From contig NEEC01000266.1 of NCBI GenBank assembly GCA_002189035.1, positions 1 through 22,471 of the forward strand: a stretch of 22,471 bases of DNA. Reading direction: 5' to 3'. Below the pieces are notes generated by a model. It was given only the letters and a program-made list of their open reading frames with translations, was not told where the DNA came from and ran no database searches. Each line of letters starts with the position of its first letter. Position 1 is the first letter of the stretch. Shown piece after piece: positions 1 through 12,713 of this stretch. The position numbers and the translations under genes were made by a program. The stretch is from Utricularia gibba (lineage: Eukaryota > Plantae > Magnoliophyta).

Positions 1-1548
1 GGTCCTACTCGACGAAAATCGTGATGCAGTTATTGAAGTTAGGATTTCATGAGCACCCAAAATGCTTTTTCAATCGCATGCTTTGTAGTTGAGGAGGCGC
101 TCTAGTGGGGCAACGGTATCGGGCAAAGGTCGAGTCGGGCTCGGCCCCAGAGTCATTTTTAGCCTGTCAAAAAAATGATGCATTTATTAACGTTGGGTTT
201 TAATAGGCTGCCTACATGGTTTCTCAAGGAAAAGCTTGTCGTTTCTGGGCGGGTGATGTCTTTTGGAACTTCGTTCTGACCATAGGTTCGGTCTGACTCC
301 TTTGCCACATCGGGTCCTACTCGACGAAAATCGTGATGCAGTTATTGAAGTTAGGATTTCATGAGCACCCAAAATGGTTTTCTCAACCGCATGCTTTATA
401 TTTGATAAGGTGCTCTCGTGGGGCAACGGTATCGAGTAGGAGGTCGAGTCGAGCTCGGCCCATAGTCATTTGTAGCTCGGCAAAAAACTTGATGCATTTA
501 TTAACGGTTGGTTTAATAGGCTGCCTCAAGGTTTCTCAAGGAAAAGCTTGTCGTTTTGGGCGGGTGATGTCGTTGTGAACTTCGTTCTGACCCAAGGTTC
601 GGTCTGTCTCCTTTGCCAAATCTGGTCCTACTCGACGAAAATCGTGATGCAGTTATTGAAGTTAGGATTTCATGAGCACCCAAAATGCTTTTCAATCGCA
701 TGCTTTGTAGTTGAGGAGGCGTCTAGTGGGGCAACGGTATCGGGCAAAGGTCGAGTCGGGCTCGCCCAGAGTCATTTTTAGCCTGGCAAAAAAATTGATG
801 CATTTATTAACGTTGGGTTTTAATAGGCTGCCTACATGGTTTCTCAAGGAAAAGCTTGTCGTTTCTGGGCGGGTGATGTCTTTTGGAACTTCGTTCTGAC
901 CATAGGTTCGGTCTGACTCCTTTGCCACATCGGGTCCTACTCGACGAAAATCGTGATGCAGTTATTGAAGTTAGGATTTCATGAGCACCCAAAATTTTCT
1001 CAACCGCATGCTTTATATTTGATAAGGTGCTCTCGTGGGCAACGGTATCGAGCAGGAGGTCGAGTCGAGCTCGGGCCATAGTCATTTGTAGCTCGGCAAA
1101 AAACTTGATGCATTTATTAACGGTTGGTTTTAATAGGCTGCCTCAATGGTTTCTCAAGGAAAAGCTTGTCGTTTTTGGGCGGTGATGTCGTTGTGAACTT
1201 CGTTCTGACCCAAGGTTCGGTCTGTCTCCTTTGCCAAATCTGGTCCTACTCGACGAAAATCGTGATGCAGTTATTGAAGTTAGGATTTCATGAGCACCCA
1301 AAATGCTTTTCAACGCATGCTTTGTATTGAGGAGGCGCTCTAGTGGGGCACGGTATCGGGCAAAAGGTCGAGTCGGGCTCGCCCAGAGTCATTTTAGCCT
1401 GTCAAAAAAAGTGATGCATTTATTAACGTTGGTTTTTAATAGGCTGCCTACATGGTTTCTCAAGGAAAAGCTTGTCGTTTCTGGGCGGGTGATGTCTTTT
1501 GAAACTTCGTTCTGACCATAGGTTCGGTCTGACTCCTTTGCCACATCG
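1..1548. repeat. Dimeric higher-order run S-N-S-N-S (period ~620 bp)
   Basis: Monomers at 1, 624 and 1242 carry the S haplotype (AAATGCTTTTCAA, GCTTTGTA, CTAGTGGGG, ATCGGGCAAA, GAGTCGGGCTC, TAGCCTG, ACCATAGG). Monomers at 313 and 933 carry the N haplotype and end GTCTCCTTTGCCAAATCT. S starts are 623 and 618 bp apart. Confidence 0.85.
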
Positions 1549-3395
1549 GGTCCTACTCGACGAAAATCGTGATGCAGTTATTGAAGTTAGGATTCATGAG
1601 CACCCAAAATGGTTTTCTCAACCGCATGCTTTATATTTGATAAGGCACTCTCGTGGGGCAACGGTATCGAGTAGGAGTCGAGTCGAGCTCGGGCCCAGAG
1701 TCATTTGTAGCCGGCAAAAAATTGATGCATTTATTAACGTTCGGTTTATAGGCTGCCTACATGTTTCTCAAGGAAAAGCTTGTCGTTTCTGGCGGGTGAT
1801 GTCTTTGGAACTTCGTTCTGACCCAAGGTTCGTCTGACTCCTTTGCCACATCGGTCCTACTCGACGAAAATCGTGATGCAGTTATTGAAGTTAGGATTCA
1901 TGAGCACCCAAAATGGTTTTCTCAACCGCATGCTTTATATTTGAGGAGGCGCTCTCGTGGGGCAACGGTATCGAGCAGGAGGTCGAGTCGAGCTCGGGCC
2001 CATAGTCATTTGTAGCTCGGCAAAAAATTGATGCATTATTAACGTTGGTTTTAATAGGCTGCCTACATTGGTTTTCTCAAGGAAAAGCTTGTCGTTTCTG
2101 GCGGGTGATGTCGTTGGAACTTCGTTCTGACCCAAGGTTCGTCTGACTCCTTTGCCACATCGGGTCCTACTCGACGAAAATCGTGATGCAGTTATTGAAG
2201 TTAGGATTTCATGAGCACCCAAAATGGTTTTCTCAACCGCATGCTTTATATTTGATAAGGTGCTCTCGTGGGGCAACGGTATCGAGTAGGAGTCGAGTCG
2301 AGCTCGGGCCCATAGTCATTTGTAGCTCGGCAAAAAACTTGATGCATTTATTAACGTTGGTTTTAATAGGCTGCCTACATGTTCTCAAGGAAAAGCTTGT
2401 CGTTTCTGGCGGGTGATGTCGTTGGAACTTCGTTCTGACCCAAGGTTCGGTCTGACTCCTTTGCCACATCGGTCCTACTCGACGAAAATCGTGATGCAGT
2501 TATTGAAGTTAGGATTTCATGAGCACCCAAAATGGTTTTCTCAACGCATGCTTTATATTTGATAAGGCACTCTCGTGGGCAACGGTATCGAGCAGGAGGT
2601 CGAGTCGAGCTCGGCCCATAGTCATTTGTAGCTCGGCAAAAAACTTGATGCATTATTAACGTTGGTTTAATAGGCTGCCTACATTGTTTTCTCAAGGAAA
2701 AGCTTGTCGTTTCTGGCGGGTGATGTCTTTTGGAACTTCGTTCGGACCCAAGGTTCTGACTGACTCCTTTGCCACATCGGGTCCTACTCGACGAAAATCG
2801 TGATGCAGTTATTGAAGTTAGGATTTCATGAGCACCCAAAATGGTTTTCTCAACCGCATGCTTTATATTTGAGGAGGCGCTCTCGTGGGGCAACGGTATC
2901 GAGTAGGAGGTCGAGTCGAGCTCGCCCCATAGTCATTTGTAGCCGGCAAAAAACTTGATGCATTTATTAACGTTGGTTTAATAGGCGCCTACATTGTTTC
3001 TCAAGGAAAAGCTTGTCGTTTCTGCGCGGGTGATGTCGTTGGGAACTTCGTTCGACCCAAGGTTCTGTCTGACTCCTTTGCCACATCGGGTCCTACTCGA
3101 CGAAAATCGTGATGCAGTTATTGAAGTTAGGATTTCATGAGCACCCAAAATGGTTTTCTCAACCGCATGCTTTATATTTGATAAGGCTCTCGTGGGGCAA
3201 CGGTATCGAGTAGGAGGTCGAGTCGAGCTCGGGCCCATAGTCATTTGTAGCTCGGCAAAAAACTTGATGCATTTATTAACGTTGGTTTTAATAGGCCTAC
3301 ATGTTTTCTCAAGGAAAAGCTTGTCGTTTCTGGGCGGGTGATGTCGTTGGGAACTTCGTTCTGACCAAGGTTCGGTCTGACTCCTTTGCCACATC

Positions 3396-4629
3396 GGTCC
3401 TACTCGACGAAAATCGTGATGCAGTTATTGAAGTTAGGATTTCATGAGCACCCAAAATGCTTTTTCAAACGCATGCTTTATATTTGATAAGGCACTCTCG
3501 TGGGGCAACGGTATCGAGCAGGAGGTCGAGTCGAGCTCGGCCCATAGTCATTTGTAGCTCGGCAAAAAACTTGATGCATTTATTAACGTTGGTTTTAATA
3601 GGCTGCCTCAATGGTTTTCTCAAGGAAAAGCTTGTCGTTTTGGCGGGTGATGTCGTTGTGAACTTCGTTCTGACCCAAGGTTCGGTCTGTCTCCTTTGCC
3701 AAATCTGGTCCTACTCGACGAAAATCGTGATGCAGTTATTGAAGTTAGGATTTCATGAGCACCCAAAATGCTTTTCAATCGCATGCTTTGTAGTTGAGGA
3801 GGCGCTCTAGTGGGGCACGGTATCGGGCAAAAGGTCGAGTCGGGCTCGCCCAGAGTCATTTTTAGCCTGTCAAAAAAATGATGCATTTATTAACGTTGGG
3901 TTTTAATAGGCTGCCTACATGGTTTCTCAAGGAAAAGCTTGTCGTTTCTGGCGGGTGATGTCTTTTGGAACTTCGTTCTGACCATAGGTTCGGTCTGACT
4001 CCTTTGCCACATCGGGTCCTACTCGACGAAAATCGTGATGCAGTTATTGAAGTTAGGATTTCATGAGCACCCAAAATGGTTTTCTCAACCGCATGCTTTA
4101 TATTTGATAAGGTGCTCTCGTGGGGCAACGGTATCGAGTAGGAGGTCGAGTCGAGCTCGGGCCCATAGTCATTTGTAGCTCGGCAAAAAACTTGATGCAT
4201 TTATTAACGTTGGTTTTAATAGGCTGCCTCAATGGTTTTCTCAAGGAAAAGCTTGTCGTTTTGGGCGGGTGATGTCGTTGTGAACTTCGTTCTGACCCAA
4301 GGTTCGGTCTGTCTCCTTTGCCAAATCTGGTCCTACTCGACGAAAATCGTGATGCAGTTATTGAAGTTAGGATTTCATGAGCACCCAAAATGCTTTTCAA
4401 TCGCATGCTTTGTATTGAGGAGGCGCTCTAGGGGCAACGGTATCGGCAAAAGGTCGAGTCGGCTCGCCCAGAGTCATTTTAGCCGTCAAAAAAATGATGC
4501 ATTTATTAACGTTGGTTTTAATAGGCTGCCTACATGGTTTCTCAAGGAAAAGCTTGTCGTTTCTGGGCGGGTGATGTCTTTGGAACTTCGTTCTGACCAT
4601 AGGTTCGGTCTGACTCCTTTGCCACATCG
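3396..4629. repeat. Second dimeric N-S-N-S run
   Basis: Monomers 3396 and 4015 end in GCCAAATCT; monomers 3707 and 4329 are S-type and end ACCATAGG...CACATCG, the same pattern as 313-1548. Confidence 0.8.
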
Positions 4630-7600
4630 GGTCCTACTCGACGAAAATCGTGATGCAGTTATTGAAGTTAGGATTCATGAGCACCCAAAATGGTTTTCTC
4701 AACCGCATGCTTTATATTTGATAAGGCACTCTCGTGGGGCAACGGTATCGAGTAGGAGGTCGAGTCGAGCTCGGGCCCAGAGTCATTTGTAGCCCGGCAA
4801 AAAAATTGATGCATTTATTAACGTTCGGCTTTATTAGGCTGCCTACATAGTTTCTCAAGGAAAAGCTTGTCGTTTCTGGCGGGTGATGTCTTTTGGAACT
4901 TCGTTCGACCCAAGGTTCTGACTGACTCCTTTGCCACATCGGGTCCTACTCGACGAAAATCGTGATGCAGTTATTGAAGTTAGGATGTCATGAGCACCCA
5001 AAATGGTTTTCTCAACCGCATGCTTTATATTTGAGGAGGCGCTCTCGTGGGGCAACGGTATCGAGTAGGAGGTCGAGTCGAGCTCGGCCATAGTCATTTG
5101 TAGCTCGGCAAAAAAACTTGATGCATTTATTAACGTTGGGTTTTAATAGGGCCTACATTGTTTTCTCAAGGAAAAGCTTGTCGTTTCTGCGCGGGTGATG
5201 TCGTTGGGAACTTCGTTCGACCAAGGTTCGTCTGACTCCTTTGCCACATCGGGTCCTACTCGACGAAAATCGTGATGCAGTTATTGAAGTTAGGATTTCA
5301 TGAGCACCCAAAATGGTTTTCTCAACCGCATGCTTTATATTTGATAAGGTGCTCTCGTGGGGCAACGGTATCGAGTAGGAGGTCGAGTCGAGCTCGGCCC
5401 ATAGTCATTTGTAGCTCGGCAAAAAAATTGATGCATTTATTAACGTTGGTTTTAATAGGCTGCCTACATTGTTTTTCTCAAGGAAAAGCTTGTCGTTTCT
5501 GGCGGGTGATGTCGTTGGAACTTCGTTCTGACCAAGGTTCGGTCTGTCTCCTTTGCCAATCTGGTCCTACTCGACGAAAATCGTGATGCAGTTATTGAAG
5601 TTAGGATTTCATGAGCACCCAAAATGCTTTTTCAATCGCATGCTTTATATTTGATAAGGCACTCTCGTGGGGCAACGGTATCGAGCAGGAGGTCGAGTCG
5701 AGCTCGGGCCCATAGTCATTTGTAGCTCGGCAAAAAAATTGATGCATTTATTAACGTTGGTTTTAATAGGCTGCCTCAATGGTTTTCTCAAGGAAAAGCT
5801 TGTCGTTTTGGCGGGTGATGTCGTTGTGAACTTCGTTCTGACCCAAGGTTCGGTCTGACTCCTTTGCCACATCGGGTCCTACTCGACGAAAATCGTGATG
5901 CAGTTATTGAAGTTAGGATATCATGAGCACCCAAAATGGTTTTCTCAACCGCATGCTTTATATTTGATAAGGCACTCTCGTGGGGCAACGGTATCGAGCA
6001 GGAGGTCGAGTCGAGCTCGGGCCCAGAGTCATTTGTAGCCCGGCAAAAAATTGATGCATTTATTAACGTTCGGCTTTATTAGGCTGCCTACATAGTTTCT
6101 CAAGGAAAAGCTTGTCGTTTCTGGGCGGGTGATGTCTTTTGGAACTTCGTTCTGACCAAGGTTCGGTCTGACTCCTTTGCCACATCGGGTCCTACTCGAC
6201 GAAAATCGTGATGCAGTTATTGAAGTTAGGATTCATGAGCACCCAAAAGGTTTTCTCAACCGCATGCTTTATATTTGATAAGGCACTCTCGTGGGGCAAC
6301 GGTATCGAGCAGGAGGTCGAGTCGAGCTCGGTCCCAGAGTCATTTGTAGCCCGGCAAAAAAATTGATGCATTTATTAACGTTGGTTTATTAGGCTGCCTA
6401 CATAGTTTCTCAAGGAAAAGCTTGTCGTTTCTGGGCGGGTGATGTCTTTGGAACTTCGTTCTGACCATAGGTTCGTCTGACTCCTTTGCCACATCGGGTC
6501 CTACTCGACGAAAATCGTGATGCAGTTATTGAAGTTAGGATATCATGAGCACCCAAAATGTTTTCTCAACCGCATGCTTTATATTTGATAAGGCACTCTC
6601 GTGGGGCAACGGTATCGAGCAGGAGGTCGAGTCGAGCTCGGCCCAGAGTCATTTGTAGCCCGGCAAAAAAATTGATGCATTTATTAACGTTCGGCTTTAT
6701 TAGGCTGCCTACATAGTTTCTCAAGGAAAAGCTTGTCGTTTCTGGGCGGGTGATGTCTTTGGAACTTCGTTCTGACCATAGGTTCGGTCTGACTCCTTTG
6801 CCACATCGGGTCCTACTCGACGAAAATCGTGATGCAGTTATTGAAGTTAGGATTTCATGAGCACCCAAAATGGTTTTCTCAACCGCATGCTTTATATTTG
6901 ATAAGGTGCTCTCGTGGGGCAACGGTATCGAGTAGGAGGTCGAGTCGAGCTCGGCCCATAGTCATTTGTAGCTCGGCAAAAAACTTGATGCATTTATTAA
7001 CGGTTGGTTTTAATAGGCTGCCTCAATGTTTTCTCAAGGAAAAGCTTGTCGTTTTTGGCGGGTGATGTCGTTGTGAACTTCGTTCTGACCCAGGTTCGGT
7101 CTGACTCCTTTGCCACATCGGGTCCTACTCGACGAAAATCGTGATGCAGTTATTGAAGTTAGGATTCATGAGCACCCAAAATGCTTTTTTCAACGCATGC
7201 TTTTATTTAGGAGCGCTCTAGTGGGGCACGGTATCGAGCAGGTCGAGTCGACTCCCAGAGTCATTTGTAGCCCGACAAAAAATTGATGCATTTATTAACG
7301 TTCGGCGCTATTAGGCTGCCTACATAGTTTCTCAAGGAAAAGCTTGTCGTTTCTGGCGGGTGATGTCGTTGGGAACTTCGTTCGACCCAAGGTTCGACTG
7401 ACTCCTTTGCCACATCGGGTCCTACTCGACGAAAATCGTGATGCAGTTATTGAAGTTAGGATTCATGAGCACCCAAAATGGTTTTCTCAACCGCATGCTT
7501 TATATTTGAGGAGGCGCTCTCGTGGGGCAACGGTATCGAGTAGGAGGTCGAGTCGAGCTCGGGCCCATAGTCATTTGTAGCTCGGCAAAAAACTTGATGC

Positions 7601-10600
7601 ATTTATTAACGTTGGTTTTAATAGGCTGCCTCAATGGTTTTCTCAAGGAAAAGCTTGTCGTTTTGGGCGGGTGATGTCGTTGTGAACTTCGTTCTGACCC
7701 AAGGTTCGTTCTGACTCCTTTGCCACATCGGGTCCTACTCGACGAAAATCGTGATGCAGTTATTGAAGTTAGGATTCATGAGCACCCAAAATGGTTTTCT
7801 CAACCGCATGCTTTATATTTGATAAGGTGCTCTCGTGGGGCAACGGTATCGAGTAGGAGGTCGAGTCGAGCTCGGGCCCAGAGTCATTGTAGCCCGGCAA
7901 AAAAATTGATGCATTTATTAACGTTCGGCTTTATTAGGCTGCCTACATAGTTTCTCAAGGAAAAGCTTGTCGTTTCTGCGCGGGTGATGTCGTTGGGAAC
8001 TTCGTTCGGACCCAAGGTTCTGTCTGACTCCTTTGCCACATCGGGTCCTACTCGACGAAAATCGTGATGCAGTTATTGAAGTTAGGATTTCATGAGCACC
8101 CAAAATGCTTTTTTCAATCGCATGCTTTGTAGTTTAGGAGGCGCTCTAGTGGGGCACGGTATCGGGCAAAAGGTCGAGTCGGGCTCACTCCAGAGTCATT
8201 TGTAGCCCGACAAAAATATTGATGCATTTATTAACGTTCGGCTATTAGGCTGCCTACATAGTTTCTCAAGGAAAAGCTTATCGTTTCTGGGCGGGTGATG
8301 TCGTTGGAACTTCGTTCGGACCCAAGGTTCTGACTGACTCCTTTGCCACATCGGGTCCTACTCGACGAAAATGTGATGCAGTTATTGAAGTTAGGATGTC
8401 ATGAGCACCCAAAATGGTTTTCTCAACCGCATGCTTTATATTTGAGGAGGCGCTCTCGTGGGGCAACGGTATCGAGTAGGAGGTCGAGTCGAGCTGGGCC
8501 CATAGTCATTTGTAGCTCGGCAAAAAACTTGATGCATTATTAACGTTGGTTTTAATAGCGCCTACATTGTTTTCTCAAGGAAAAGCTTGTCGTTTTTGGG
8601 CGGTGATGTCATTGTGAACTTCGTTCTGACCCAAGGTTCGGTCTGACTCCTTTGCCACATCGGTCCTACTCGACGAAAATCGTGATGCAGTTATTGAAGT
8701 TAGGATGTCAGGAGCACCCAAAATGGTTTTCTCAACCGCATGCTTTATATTTGATAAGGTGCTCTCGTGGGGCAACGGTCGAGCAGGAGGTCGAGTCGAG
8801 CTCGGGCCCAGAGTCATTTGTAGCCCGACAAAAAATTGATGCATTTATTAACGTTCGGCGCTATTAGGCTGCCTACATAGTTTCTCAAGGAAAAGCTTGT
8901 CGTTTCTGGCGGGTGATGTCGTTGGGAACTTCGTTCGGACCCAAGGTTCTGACTGACTCCTTTGCCACATCGGGTCCTACTCGACGAAAATCGTGATGCA
9001 GTTATTGAAGTTAGGATTTCATGAGCACCCAAAATGGTTTTCTCAACCGCATGCTTTATATTTGATAAGGCGCTCTCGTGGGGCAACGGTATCGAGTAGG
9101 AGGTCGAGTCGAGCTCGGGCCCATAGTCATTTGTAGCTCGGCAAAAAACTTGATGCATTTATTAACGTTGGTTTTAATAGGCTGCCTCAATGGTTTTCTC
9201 AAGGAAAAGCTTGTCGTTTCTGGGCGGGTGATGTCTTTTGGAACTTCGTTCTGACCAAGGTTCGGTCTGACTCCTTTGCCACATCGGGTCCTACTCGACG
9301 AAAATCGTGATGCAGTTATTGAAGTTAGGATTCATGAGCACCCAAAATGGTTTTCTCAACCGCATGCTTTATATTTGATAAGGTGCTCTCGTGGGGCAAC
9401 GGTATCGAGTAGGAGGTCGAGTCGAGCTCGGGCCCATAGTCATTTGTAGCTCGGCAAAAAACTTGATGCATTTATTAACGGTTGGTTTTAATAGGCTGCC
9501 TAAATGGTTTTCTCAAGGAAAAGCTTGTCGTTTTTGGGCGGGTGATGTCTTTTGGAACTTCGTTCTGACCATAGGTTCGGTCTGACTCCTTTGCCACATC
9601 GGGTCCTACTCGACGAAAATCGTGATGCAGTTATTGAAGTTAGGATATCATGAGCACCCAAAATGGTTTTCTCAACCGCATGCTTTATATTTGATAAGGC
9701 ACTCTCGTGGGGCAACGGTATCGAGCAGGAGGTCGAGTCGAGCTCGGGCCCAGAGTCATTTGTAGCCCGGCAAAAAAATTGATGCATTTATTAACGTTCG
9801 GTTTATTAGGCTGCCTACATAGTTTTCTCAAGGAAAAGCTTGTCGTTTCTGGGCGGGTGATGTCTTTTGGAACTTCGTTCTGACCAAGGTTCGGTCTGAC
9901 TCCTTTGCCACATCGGGTCCTACTCGACGAAAATCGTGATGCAGTTATTGAAGTTAGGATTTCATGAGCACCCAAAATGGTTTTCTCAACCGCATGCTTT
10001 ATATTTGATAAGGCGCTCTCGTGGGGCAACGGTATCGAGTAGGAGGTCGAGTCGAGCTCGGGCCCATAGTCATTTGTAGCTCGGAAAAAAACTTGATGCA
10101 TTTATTAACGTTGGTTTTAATAGGCTGCCTCAATGGTTTTCTCAAGGAAAAGCTTGTCGTTTTGGGCGGGTGATGTCGTTGTGAACTTCGTTCTGACCCA
10201 AGGTTCGTCTGACTCCTTTGCCACATCGGGTCCTACTCGACGAAAATCGTGATGCAGTTATTGAAGTTAGGATTTCATGAGCACCCAAAATGGTTTTCTC
10301 AACCGCATGCTTTATATTTGATAAGGTGCTCTCGTGGGCAACGGTATCGAGTAGGAGGTCGAGTCGAGCTCGGGCCCAGAGTCATTTGTAGCCCGGCAAA
10401 AAAAATTGATGCATTTATTAACGTTCGGTTTATTAGGCTGCCTACATAGTTTCTCAAGGAAAAGCTTGTCGTTTCTGGCGGGTGATGTCGTTGGGAACTT
10501 CGTTCGACCCAAGGTTCTGTCTGACTCCTTTGCCACATCGGGTCCTACTCGACGAAAATCGTGATGCAGTTATTGAAGTTAGGATTTCATGAGCACCCAA

Positions 10601-12713
10601 AATGCTTTTTTCAACGCATGCTTTGTATTTAGGAGGCGCTCTAGTGGGGCACGGTATCGGGCAAAAGGTCGAGTCGGCTCGCTCCAGAGTCATTTGTAGC
10701 CCGACAAAAAATTGATGCATTTATTAACGTTCGGCTATTAGGCTGCCTACATAGTTTCTCAAGGAAAAGCTTGTCGTTTCTGGCGGGTGATGTCGTTGGG
10801 AACTTCGTTCGGACCCAAGGTTCTGACTGACTCCTTTGCCACATCGGGTCCTACTCGACGAAAATCGTGATGCAGTTATTGAAGTTAGGATTTCATGAGC
10901 ACCCAAAATGGTTTTCTCAACCGCATGCTTTATATTTGATAAGGTGCTCTCGTGGGGCAACGGTATCGAGTAGGAGGTCGAGTCGAGCTCGGGCCCATAG
11001 TCATTTGTAGCTCGGCAAAAAACTTGATGCATTTATTAACGGTTGGTTTTAATAGGCTGCCTCAATGGTTTTCTCAAGGAAAAGCTTGTCGTTTTTGGGC
11101 GGGTGATGTCGTTGTGAACTTCGTTCTGACCAAGGTTCGGTCTGTCTCCTTTGCCAAATCTGGTCCTACTCGACGAAAATCGTGATGCAGTTATTGAAGT
11201 TAGGATTTCATGAGCACCCAAAATGCTTTTTCAATCGCATGCTTTGTAGTTGAGGAGGCGCTCTAGTGGGGCACGGTATCGGGCAAAAGGTCGAGTCGGG
11301 CTCGCTCCAGAGTCATTTGTAGCCTGTCAAAAAAATGATGCATTTATTAACGTTGGGTTTTAATAGGCTGCCTACATGGTTTCTCAAGGAAAAGCTTGTC
11401 GTTTCTGGGCGGGTGATGTCTTTGGAACTTCGTTCTGACCATAGGTTCGGTCTGACTCCTTTGCCACATCGGGTCCTACTCGACGAAAATCGTGATGCAG
11501 TTATTGAAGTTAGGATATCATGAGCACCCAAAATGGTTTTCTCAACCGCATGCTTTATATTTGATAAGGCACTCTCGTGGGCAACGGTATCGAGCAGGAG
11601 GTCGAGTCGAGCTCGGCCCAGAGTCATTTGTAGCTCGGCAAAAAACTTGATGCATTTTTTAACGTTGGGTTTTAATAGGCTGCCTACATGGTTTCTCAAG
11701 GAAAAGCTTGTCGTTTTTGGGGGTGATGTCGTTGTAACTTCGTTCGACCCAAGGTTCGGTCTGTCTCCTTTGCCAAATCTGGTCCTACTCGACGAAAATC
11801 GTGATGCAGTTATTGAAGTTAGGATTTCATGAGCACCCAAAATGGCTTTTGTCAATCCGCATGCTTTGTATTGAGGAGCGCTCTAGTGGGGCACGGTATC
11901 GGGCAAAAGGTCGAGTCGGGCTCGCTCCCAGAGTCATTTGTAGCCCGACAAAAAAATTGATGCATTTATTAACGTTCGGCTATAGGCTGCCTACATAGTT
12001 TCTCAAGGAAAAGCTTATCGTTTCTGGGCGGGTGATGTCGTTGGAACTTCGTTCGGACCCAAGGTTCTGTCTGACTCCTTTGCCACATCGGGTCCTACTC
12101 GACGAAAATCGTGATGCAGTTATTGAAGTTAGGATGTCATGAGCACCCAAAATGGTTTTCTCAACCGCATGCTTTATATTTGAGGAGGCGCTCTCGTGGG
12201 GCAACGGTATCGAGCAGGAGGTCGAGTCGAGCTCGGGCCCAGAGTCATTTGTAGCCCGACAAAAAAATTGATGCATTTATTAACGTTCGGTTTAGGCTGC
12301 CTACATAGTTTCTCAAGGAAAAGCTTGTCGTTTCTGGCGGTGATGTCGTTGGGAACTTCGTTCGGACCCAAGGTTCTGTCTGACTCCTTTGCCACATCGG
12401 GTCCTACTCGACGAAAATCGTGATGCAGTTATTGAAGTTAGGATTCATGAGCACCCAAAATGGTTTTCTCAACCGCATGCTTTATATTTGAGGAGGCGCT
12501 CTCGTGGGGCAACGGTATCGAGCAGGAGGTCGAGTCGAGCTCGGGCCCATAGTCATTTGTAGCTCGGCAAAAAACTTGATGCATTTATTAACGTTGGTTT
12601 TAATAGGCTGCCTCAATGGTTTTCTCAAGGAAAAGCTTGTCGTTTTTGGGCGGGTGATGTCGTTGTGAACTTCGTTCTGACCCAAGGTTCGGTCTGTCTC
12701 CTTTGCCACATCT

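Noticed and set aside
313-623. Many 6-bp palindromes per monomer (TCATGA, GCATGC, GAGCTC, GGGCCC, ATGCAT, AACGTT, AAGCTT)
   Set aside because: About 5 are expected by chance in 312 bp (1/64 per position), so about 7 is not a convincing excess. No long inverted repeat was seen.
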